IMG/VR virus record: IMGVR_UViG_3300027541_000009
Coordinates: 220,051 to 284,050 of that record
Direction: 5' to 3' (one strand)
DNA length: 64,000 bases
Shown here: positions 16,103 to 22,606 of the stretch, piece after piece
Layout of the letters: each line of letters opens with the position of its first letter
Numbering within the stretch: the first letter of the stretch is position 1
Notes under the pieces: model-generated
The model's database searches: none
The model's input: only the letters and a program-made list of their open reading frames with translations
Told to the model about the DNA's origin: nothing
Position numbers and translations under genes: made by a program

Positions 16103-16333
16103 ATGAGCACTTACACTTCACCTCTCACCTCTAAAGTCTACGAAATCGTCAAGACTTCACACACACGAAACGCATGGGATTCTGAAGGCAATTTGACTCC
16201 TTATGTGCAATCTGTCTTTGACATCTATCACGAAGGCAAAAAAGTTCAGTTTGCATTAACTGCTGAAGGTGTTGCTGAGAGTGTAGCACATCTTGAGAAT
16301 CCTGGTCGTGATGTATCTTCCCGCTTTGACTGA
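16103..16333 (+). CDS. hypothetical protein
   Basis: the only in-frame ATG abuts the repeat. Confidence 0.6.
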   Translation: MSTYTSPLTSKVYEIVKTSHTRNAWDSEGNLTPYVQSVFDIYHEGKKVQFALTAEGVAESVAHLENPGRDVSSRFD

Positions 16334-16462
16334 ATGAGACGACAGAAAGTGAAAACAATTCTGTTAATCTTTATCGTTGCGAGTATCCTATCACCAGGAG
16401 TTCGTAACATCACTGCCACCACATTACACACTGTTGCTGACATTATTGCACCCCATGATTGA
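16334..16462 (+). CDS. small single-TM protein (42 aa)
   Basis: MRRQKVKTILLIFIVASILSPGVR... Confidence 0.45.
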   Translation: MRRQKVKTILLIFIVASILSPGVRNITATTLHTVADIIAPHD

Positions 16463-16592
16463 GACTGATTTCTACATTCTTTCCGAAGAACAATTTGCAC
16501 AATTCTCACAACTTGCAGAGGAAATCAATGTGAGTATTGATTATTATTTGTGTGAGTTTTGTGATGTATCTGGACCTTTGATTGAAGTGTGA
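16455..16592 (+). CDS. small hypothetical protein (VSIDYYLCEF family)
   Basis: ATG 16455; paralogue-like to 2760..2897. Confidence 0.55.
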   Translation: MIETDFYILSEEQFAQFSQLAEEINVSIDYYLCEFCDVSGPLIEV

Positions 16593-16597
16593 TACTA

Positions 16598-16626
16598 ACT
16601 TGGATCCTCTAAAGTGTACCTATAGT
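16598..16626 (+). promoter_or_regulatory. 29-bp repeat, copy 12
   Basis: exact; 5 nt after TGA. Confidence 0.9.
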
Positions 16627-16830
16627 ATGAGCACTTCCCAAATGTCCCAAATGTCTAAAGTCTACGCTGTGATTGGCGGTTTGGATTATGAAGGTGAAGA
16701 CTTCAAATCTCTCCGCTTGTTTGATTGCTTCTCCGCTGCAGATGCTTACCTGAAGCATCTGGAAGCAAACTACGATTATGCTCTACTGGAAACCCGTGAG
16801 GTGAATGTAGAGTCTGCAATCGTTGCTTGA
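16627..16830 (+). CDS. small hypothetical protein
   Basis: KVYAVIGG.DYEGEDF; alternative starts at 16642 and 16651. Confidence 0.6.
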   Translation: MSTSQMSQMSKVYAVIGGLDYEGEDFKSLRLFDCFSAADAYLKHLEANYDYALLETREVNVESAIVA

Positions 16831-16835
16831 TTGCA

Positions 16836-16864
16836 ACTTGGATCCTCTAAAGTGTACCTATAGT
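16836..16864 (+). promoter_or_regulatory. 29-bp repeat, copy 13
   Basis: exact; 5 nt after TGA. Confidence 0.9.
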
Positions 16865-16883
16865 ATAACCACAACTTCCAACC

Positions 16884-17201
16884 ATGCGAAAGATTGAACT
16901 CCAAATGAATAAAGCAATCATTGATTGCAAAGACTGGAAAAATGACAACACTGAAGTTCTCTATTCGCCCGAAAGAGATGCCTCTTATGTGTATCTTCAC
17001 GGCAATCATATTGCAACGATTGGTGATACCTTCCTTGAACTTTACACCTGTGGTTATAGAACTGTAACCACCAAATCACGTCTCAATGCTATTCTGAAAG
17101 TTCATGGAAATGATGCTCGTATCTTTCAACGTGACTTTGAATGGTTTGTGATTGATAACGGCAACAAAGTTCCTTTCACTGAAGGTATGGTGCTTAACTG
17201 A
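16884..17201 (+). CDS. conserved phage hypothetical protein
   Basis: VYLHGN.IA...G..T.TTKSRLNAIL motif. Confidence 0.7.
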   Translation: MRKIELQMNKAIIDCKDWKNDNTEVLYSPERDASYVYLHGNHIATIGDTFLELYTCGYRTVTTKSRLNAILKVHGNDARIFQRDFEWFVIDNGNKVPFTEGMVLN

Positions 17202-17368
17202 TGACTAACGAACAAAAGATTGAGGCATTACCCACAATCCGTACCTTCCCATATACGATTGGTCTCCGTACATACTTCTCGGAAGAAGAATATCAAAAAG
17301 CACTCCACGATTTCCTGACTTGGAGAAACCACCAACAGAGTAAAAGGAACCGCACTAATGATGACTAA
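17201..17368 (+). CDS. small hypothetical protein (55 aa)
   Basis: first 9 codons identical to those of the next gene. Confidence 0.5.
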   Translation: MTNEQKIEALPTIRTFPYTIGLRTYFSEEEYQKALHDFLTWRNHQQSKRNRTNDD

Positions 17369-17663
17369 CGAACAAAAGATTGAGGCACTGACTAATCTTC
17401 TGGACAACGTGATTCACTCTCTGAGTATGAAACAATACGAGATTGAAGATGCAACTGAATCTCATAAGTGTGAAGTAGAAGCAGACAACTATTACCAAAA
17501 GATGCTCACTCTAACTGAATCAAACAAAATGTTCACGATTCGCTACTTTACACCGTATCAACAACAGTGGAGAACGCAAACATTCTCTACACTAGATGAA
17601 GCAAATCGTATGATTGAGTTCTACAAATCATGCGGAAGTCCTGCTGAACTCATTAACAACTAA
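17358..17663 (+). CDS. hypothetical protein (possible fusion of two microgenes)
   Basis: internal MFTIRY... segment looks like an independent small ORF. Confidence 0.55.
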   Translation: MMTNEQKIEALTNLLDNVIHSLSMKQYEIEDATESHKCEVEADNYYQKMLTLTESNKMFTIRYFTPYQQQWRTQTFSTLDEANRMIEFYKSCGSPAELINN

Positions 17664-17670
17664 TCTTCCA

Positions 17671-17907
17671 ATGTTACTCTCCAAACAGTCATTCAACAAT
17701 CAACAAGTTCTCCCTTTCATAGTAAAGAAAGAGGATGAATATACTGAAGAAGGTAGTTACTCACTTCACCTATTCTCCCGAATCGTTATCACCAAGGAAG
17801 GAAAGAAATACCGATACTTACCTTTACGATTTGAAGGAGAAGAAGCACGATTCCGCAAACGTAGTGATGCAGAGGATTATGCAAGGTACAGATTAGCACT
17901 TGATTGA
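17671..17907 (+). CDS. hypothetical protein
   Basis: ATG 17671 in the frame of track ORF 17614..17907. Confidence 0.55.
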   Translation: MLLSKQSFNNQQVLPFIVKKEDEYTEEGSYSLHLFSRIVITKEGKKYRYLPLRFEGEEARFRKRSDAEDYARYRLALD

Positions 17908-17918
17908 TGATACACAGT

Positions 17919-17943
17919 GACCCCACATCAGGGGTCTTTTTTT
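17919..17943 (+). terminator. intrinsic terminator
   Basis: GACCCC-acatca-GGGGTC followed by T7; overlaps the GIY-YIG stop codon. Confidence 0.8.
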
Positions 17944-18955
17944 ATGCTTTTTCGTACCATCTATAACCATAAGCATTGCACCAAGTTTGCCCATTGTTTA
18001 TACGTTGAATGTTGTTTTTGATATTAGCAACGCCACTATAATTACCATCACCTTTGATAAAGAATGACGCCTCACTCATACTACCAAATTCTACGATTTC
18101 GTTGGTTTTAATACTTACACCATAGACAGGTTTCTTTCTTTTTTCGTTGCTAATTGCAGCAATTTTTTTATAGTGTTCTATTGAATTTGTTTTTGTTGCT
18201 GGTGTCCAATCTGTTGGTTTTGATCTAAAGAAATACCAACCTTTTACCTGTAATTTGCTATTGTCGGGACTGTTAAGTGAGTGATGAATAGCGTGATTAT
18301 TTGTACGATTTCCTTGTATTTCTTCTGCCGCATCTGCCATTGATTTCCACATCTTTTTACGCCCTAATGTTGGATTGATTCCATATACAGCACCACGAAC
18401 ATTTACTCTCTTTTCTATTACTTTAGGTGTTTCACCTTTCCAAGCCCATCTATATCCAAGTGCTTGAAATGTCACACCTTTAATGCAAGCAATTATCCCA
18501 GTTTTTCCCTTTTTATTTCCACAACTATCAGCAGCAATTCCTACACTCTCATAGTCTCTAACCCATTCACCTTCTAATGTATAACAACTCACTGCTTTGG
18601 AATGTGGATGATTTGCCCAATACTTTTTTGGTTTCTTTACACCATCACCACCTAATGTAATGTTATATCCATTCTTACCACAAGTATCAAGTTTGTTTAT
18701 CCAAAAGGTTTCACGTTCATTAACATTATCATCGCTACATTCTTCCAATACTCTAAACTTAAAGTTATCTGCTCCGTACTTACATATGGCACGAACAATA
18801 GGCATAGAGTGAGATGAATTGTTCTCTGCTAAATTATCCTTACTTCTTGCGTTCTGTAGGTGTTGCTTCCATCTATCATATGGGTTGGGTTGTGTAGTCT
18901 TTCCCACATAGAGTTTGCTATTCTCAAGGTTGGTGATTGAGTAGATGTATGCCAC
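17942..18955 (-). mobile_element. free-standing GIY-YIG homing endonuclease with NUMOD1-like repeats
   Basis: AYIYSITN...KLYVGKT, RW..H, ERE..WI, GYN...GG; repeated KPVY...EFGSMSEA segments. Confidence 0.88.
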
Positions 18956-18981
18956 TGAATTGATGAAAAATGTACTTGCGT

Positions 18982-18989
18982 TATTTATA
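18982..18989 (-). promoter_or_regulatory. perfect T4 late promoter for the GIY-YIG gene
   Basis: TATAAATA on the minus strand, 26 nt before the start codon. Confidence 0.75.
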
Positions 18990-19015
18990 TTTAAGTGCTG
19001 AAATAATGATATTAG

Positions 19016-19079
19016 TTTTCCACAATGTTGTGGAAAAAGTATAATAAATGTGTGGAAAAACTGTTAGAATTGTGGAAAA
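19016..19079. repeat. four TTTTCCACA boxes (DnaA-box consensus)
   Basis: TTTTCCACA 19016-19024; TGTGGAAAA at 19029, 19051, 19071. Confidence 0.8.
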
Positions 19080-19124
19080 CTTATAGTCATTTAAATGTCT
19101 CTGGGGGTCGTTATCTTACAGGTC

Positions 19125-19154
19125 ATTCTATCACACTCGCCCCCAAAATGTCAA
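19125..19154 (-). promoter_or_regulatory. leftward sigma70-type promoter
   Basis: minus strand TTGACA-18-TAGAAT with extended TG. Confidence 0.65.
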
Positions 19155-19227
19155 TACCCCCGCGTTCTCAAATCCCCACAATCCCCCCGCATAAATCCAC
19201 CGACCCCTGATAAATACCCCCAGACCA

Positions 19228-19256
19228 TTGACAAAAACCGCCCAGCATCTTATAGT
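19228..19256 (+). promoter_or_regulatory. rightward sigma70-type promoter
   Basis: TTGACA-17-TATAGT; AGGAG RBS before ATG 19284. Confidence 0.8.
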
Positions 19257-19283
19257 AGTTTCATAACACACAGGAGCGAACTT

Positions 19284-19457
19284 ATGTCAGTTGCATATCA
19301 GCAGGCACAGAAGCAGCGTTATAGGATTACTCTGGATCTATCAGTGTTCGGTGACTTCGACCCACACCAGATTGATTGGGAGAAGTTATTCAAGTTGGAA
19401 CCTGCAGAGAAGTGTGATGCTTATGTTGAGGACCTAAGTACACCTGACCGATGGTAA
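19284..19457 (+). CDS. small conserved hypothetical protein
   Basis: AGGAG RBS; RYRITLDL..F.DFDPHQIDW.KLF. Confidence 0.7.
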   Translation: MSVAYQQAQKQRYRITLDLSVFGDFDPHQIDWEKLFKLEPAEKCDAYVEDLSTPDRW

Positions 19458-19491
19458 TTTGGTATCAATTTATACCATATAAGGCGTTTTT

Positions 19492-19540
19492 ATTTTGTTA
19501 ACATAAAGCATAAATAATCGGGTCTTTATGTTAACAAAAT
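19492..19540 (+). promoter_or_regulatory. 17-bp perfect hairpin with a late promoter in the loop
   Basis: ATTTTGTTAACATAAAG / CTTTATGTTAACAAAAT; loop contains ATAAATA 19510-19516; 3' arm reaches ATG 19539. Confidence 0.8.
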
Positions 19541-19718
19541 GAGAACACTAAAATATAAACATTTGGGCGACATGAGGATTATACGAGTCGCCCAAATAAC
19601 CACTGATATTCTACCTCAACTGCAAGAGGTTATGCAACAGTTAGAGGAGAACGGTGAGGATAGTCGTGAGGTGATATTGCGCGTCTTAAGTGATATCGAA
19701 GACCGTCTGGGTAACTGA
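19539..19718 (+). CDS. 59-aa late microprotein
   Basis: MRTLKYKHLGDMRIIRVAQ...LSDIEDRLGN; below the track cutoff. Confidence 0.55.
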   Translation: MRTLKYKHLGDMRIIRVAQITTDILPQLQEVMQQLEENGEDSREVILRVLSDIEDRLGN

Positions 19719-19719
19719 A

Positions 19720-19748
19720 ACTTGGATCCTCTAAAGTGTACCTATAGT
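19720..19748 (+). promoter_or_regulatory. 29-bp repeat, copy 14
   Basis: exact consensus. Confidence 0.9.
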
Positions 19749-19772
19749 GTAAGGACAACCACAAACCACTAA

Positions 19773-19976
19773 GTGACTCAAATCGAACTGAACACCGCTA
19801 TCGAGAATGCCTTCCAACTTTGTGCCGCTCAGAGTTGGGAACTGTTCGACGCCTGGTATGAGCGTCTGCACAATGTTCAGGTGATTGATAACATTGAGCA
19901 CATCACAGAAATCGAAGCAGAGCATAACGAAACGAACCTCAATCTGATGCTCGCTGGTGTTATGCCTTCTGCCTGA
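19773..19976 (+). CDS. hypothetical protein
   Basis: GTG start, 67 aa. Confidence 0.5.
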   Translation: MTQIELNTAIENAFQLCAAQSWELFDAWYERLHNVQVIDNIEHITEIEAEHNETNLNLMLAGVMPSA

Positions 19977-20010
19977 TTTCGTCTCTTAATTAACACTCAC
20001 AACACACACA

Positions 20011-20268
20011 ATGACTGTTACTTTCCAAGCAAATCTGACCGATACTGAGTATAACGGTTGGACGAATTATGAGACCTGGAATGTTGCTCTCTGGATTCAA
20101 AATGATGAGGGTTTCTATAGTCTTGCCCGTGAGGTAGGTAACTATGAAGACTTCGTAGATGCTCTGGAAGCGTGTTCTTTCAATTCCCTAAAAACGCCTG
20201 ACGGAGTATCATTCAAAGACCCCAAGATTAACATCCTTGAGATTAACTCTGACGTGTTCGATTTCTGA
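20011..20268 (+). CDS. conserved phage protein (YNGWTNYETW family)
   Basis: YNGWTNYETWNVALWIQNDE motif. Confidence 0.7.
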   Translation: MTVTFQANLTDTEYNGWTNYETWNVALWIQNDEGFYSLAREVGNYEDFVDALEACSFNSLKTPDGVSFKDPKINILEINSDVFDF

Positions 20269-20354
20269 CCTTAAGTAACAACAAGGGGGGAATAAGATGC
20301 GCCCTATAAAGACACTTACTCAACACACACTGATTTACACTTTTCTTCTTCATT

Positions 20355-20525
20355 ATGTCCAAGCAAGTTCTTCTTTCTCTGCTGGCACAAGGTAACAACG
20401 GCAGCGAAATTCTGTCCATTCTGGATGCAATCGTTGCTGATAATGTTGCTGGTTTCGATTATATCGAGTCGCCGCAACTTGAGTCGGCACTGGGTATTCC
20501 TACTCTGGAAGAGATTGCCTTCTGA
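20355..20525 (+). CDS. small hypothetical protein (56 aa)
   Basis: MSKQVLLSLLAQGNNGSEILSILDAIV... Confidence 0.55.
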   Translation: MSKQVLLSLLAQGNNGSEILSILDAIVADNVAGFDYIESPQLESALGIPTLEEIAF

Positions 20526-20574
20526 TTGTTAGTAACTGTATGCCCCTTGGTTGTTAGACAGAGCGTGAGCGATG

Positions 20575-20603
20575 TTGACACTGAGGGGCGTTTATGTTAT
20601 GAT
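20575..20603 (+). promoter_or_regulatory. strong sigma70-type promoter with no adjacent ORF
   Basis: TTGACA-17-TATGAT with extended TG. Confidence 0.7.
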
Positions 20604-20775
20604 TGGCAGTGATGCTTATCGGCAGTTAATTGCCGCCGATTTGTTATAGCGCCGCGCGGCGTTGTTATAAGCCCGCCGATGCCCCCCCCCCTTATTAAAA
20701 AAAGCAAACTACCCTAACCTACAGAGGTGACAAATCGACCGATAAATATCAATCTCATAAAAATTTTCCGGAGGT
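20604..20775. other. GC-rich palindromic non-coding island (candidate ncRNA or origin element)
   Basis: ATCGGC...GCCGAT stem, perfect palindrome CGCCGCGCGGCG 20650-20661, C10 20682-20691, A7. Confidence 0.5.
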
Positions 20776-20896
20776 ATTTCTAAGTGTTTGGATGGATTCA
20801 CAAGAACGGTAAGAGTCGCCCCAATAAAAATAAATCAAAAGGTGCAGCAAGAACTTGTGCTCAAAAGAATGCTGCGAGAAAGCGAAAGAAGAAAAA

Positions 20897-21040
20897 ATGA
20901 GAAGGAGAACACCATATTGGAATTTTTGGAGAGTGATACTCGCAGGTTGGATAATCAGATATCCAAAAACAATGGGTAGAATTGTATTAATCCCCCTGGG
21001 GGTTTTTGTTGTATTGATATATAATGCGTTAGTAAAATAA
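20897..21040 (+). CDS. small membrane protein
   Basis: MRRRTPYWNFWRVILAGW...IVLIPLGVFVVLIY. Confidence 0.55.
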   Translation: MRRRTPYWNFWRVILAGWIIRYPKTMGRIVLIPLGVFVVLIYNALVK

Positions 21041-21080
21041 GTTTTTACTAAAAAATTTTCCGGAAAAAGTTTAATAAAAA

Positions 21081-21272
21081 ATGGAAAAAATATACCACAT
21101 ATACGCAGGGGATAAGTGTTTATTCCACTCTATTAAAGAAGATGAGTTCTCGACCACTTGGAATACTCTGAAGAATATGGTGGAAATTATGAAAACTGAT
21201 TACAATGCAGAGGATTTATCCTATGAGGAACTTATTGTAAATAAGGAAATTATTTTGAACTCCTCTCATTGA
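21081..21272 (+). CDS. hypothetical protein
   Basis: 63-aa ORF. Confidence 0.6.
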   Translation: MEKIYHIYAGDKCLFHSIKEDEFSTTWNTLKNMVEIMKTDYNAEDLSYEELIVNKEIILNSSH

Positions 21273-21298
21273 CAAAAGCATATATAGACTGTTAAAAT
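21269..21298 (+). promoter_or_regulatory. sigma70-type promoter
   Basis: TTGACA-18-TAAAAT with extended TG. Confidence 0.65.
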
Positions 21299-21322
21299 TG
21301 ATGTTGAAGGTTATTTTAACTT

Positions 21323-22090
21323 ATGGCAAAAGGATTCACTGTTAAAACTGTAGCACCAAAGAAGTCCACTGAAGAATGGGACTACGATGCGATTAAAGAA
21401 AGGATGAAGGGTAAGAGTATTGTATTCTGTCTTCCTGGACGAGGATGCTCTTATATCTTTTTGAAAGCATTTGTACAACTTTGTTTTGATATTGTACAAA
21501 ATGGAATGAGTATTCAAATTTCTCAAGATTATTCATCAATGGTTAACTTTGCACGATGCAAGTGTCTTGGAGCAAATGTTCTCCGTGGACCAAACCAAAA
21601 ACCTTGGGATGGAAAACTTCAATATGATTATCAGCTCTGGATTGATAATGATATTGTTTTTGATTCTAACAAGTTCTGGCAGCTTTGTGATTTAGCTCTT
21701 TCTGCTGAAGGAGAAGAGAAAGAAGTTGTTGCAGGTTGGTACGCAACAGAAGATGGTCACACAACTTCTGTCGCACACTGGTTAGAAGAAGATGATTTCC
21801 GTAAGAATGGTGGTGTAATGAACCACGAAACTGTGGAATCAATCAGCAAGCGTCGTAAGCCATTCACTGTAGATTACACAGGTTTTGGATGGGTTATGAT
21901 TAAGAATGGAGTCTTTGAGAATCTTGAGTATCCTTGGTTTGCTCCGAAGATGCAAGTCTTTGAGTCTGGTAATGTTCAAGATATGTGTGGCGAAGATGTT
22001 TCATTCTGTCTTGATGCCAAGGATGCGGGGTTTGATATCTGGTGCGATCCTCGCATTAGAGTTGGACATGAAAAAACTCGCATTATCTAA
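21323..22090 (+). CDS. GT-A fold glycosyltransferase-like protein
   Basis: ARCKCL, LWIDNDIVF (DxD), TGFGWVMIK, GEDVSFC, VGH.K. Confidence 0.75.
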   Translation: MAKGFTVKTVAPKKSTEEWDYDAIKERMKGKSIVFCLPGRGCSYIFLKAFVQLCFDIVQNGMSIQISQDYSSMVNFARCKCLGANVLRGPNQKPWDGKLQYDYQLWIDNDIVFDSNKFWQLCDLALSAEGEEKEVVAGWYATEDGHTTSVAHWLEEDDFRKNGGVMNHETVESISKRRKPFTVDYTGFGWVMIKNGVFENLEYPWFAPKMQVFESGNVQDMCGEDVSFCLDAKDAGFDIWCDPRIRVGHEKTRII

Positions 22091-22245
22091 TGAACTATCA
22101 CGTACTTTATAAAGGACGTAAAATTTATATGAACCTCACTACAGATGAATGTCTTGAGGTTCTTCAAGACTTATCTGAGCGTTTTTACTCGGGTGATGAT
22201 ATTGATCCTAATTTAATTGAACTGGAGGAAATTAACAATGGCTAA
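22090..22245 (+). CDS. small hypothetical protein (51 aa)
   Basis: TAATG coupling. Confidence 0.55.
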   Translation: MNYHVLYKGRKIYMNLTTDECLEVLQDLSERFYSGDDIDPNLIELEEINNG

Positions 22246-22378
22246 AGGTGGAAGTAATAAAACCGTATTTGAACCAGGAGCACCTAAAAAGACTCGTCAA
22301 GGACGTTCTGCTCGAACACTTCTCAGTGCAACCTCTCGCAATGGACGTAAGAAAAGGTATCGTGGTCAAGGGAAGTAA
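22238..22378 (+). CDS. small basic protein (46 aa)
   Basis: GGAGG RBS; PKKTRQG...SRNGRKKRYRGQGK. Confidence 0.65.
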   Translation: MAKGGSNKTVFEPGAPKKTRQGRSARTLLSATSRNGRKKRYRGQGK

Positions 22379-22606
22379 ATGCTTCAATTAAATCCACAAA
22401 TCCCAACCATTACCTTTTGGGGTAATGGTTGGGCTTTTTTTGTAATTGACCGTTCTCAAGAACACGATCTTGAATGGGTAGTTTTTCTAGATAGTAATGG
22501 GGAATGTTGGACTTTTAAAAACTCTGATATTCGTATTCAGAAGAACTATACTCTTCATAGAAATAATCCAATCGGATTTTCTTCATGTACTACTCAGATC
22601 CAATAG
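22379..22606 (+). CDS. hypothetical protein
   Basis: MLQLNPQIP...G.GWAFFVID.SQEHDL.WVVF. Confidence 0.65.
   Translation: MLQLNPQIPTITFWGNGWAFFVIDRSQEHDLEWVVFLDSNGECWTFKNSDIRIQKNYTLHRNNPIGFSSCTTQIQ

Noticed and set aside
247-17009. Numerous short minus-strand track ORFs in the early region
   Set aside because: They are shadow ORFs opposite well-coupled plus-strand genes, with no RBS or promoter and no family motifs.
19025-19283. Track ORFs 19025..19210 and the 5' part of 19095..19457
   Set aside because: They are translations of the box cluster and C-run tract (Pro-rich); the real start with an AGGAG RBS is at 19284.
1601-19748. 29-bp repeats as a CRISPR array
   Set aside because: The intervals are 238-3520 bp from start to start and contain whole genes; there are no cas genes, and the repeat is not palindromic.
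1601-19748. Repeats as integron attC sites (several begin ...TAAC, overlapping a stop codon)
   Set aside because: No matching GTTRRRY end, no long imperfect inverted repeat, and no tyrosine recombinase in the window.
20788-20979. Track ORF 20788..20979
   Set aside because: It overlaps the better-supported 20897..21040 in another frame and has no RBS.
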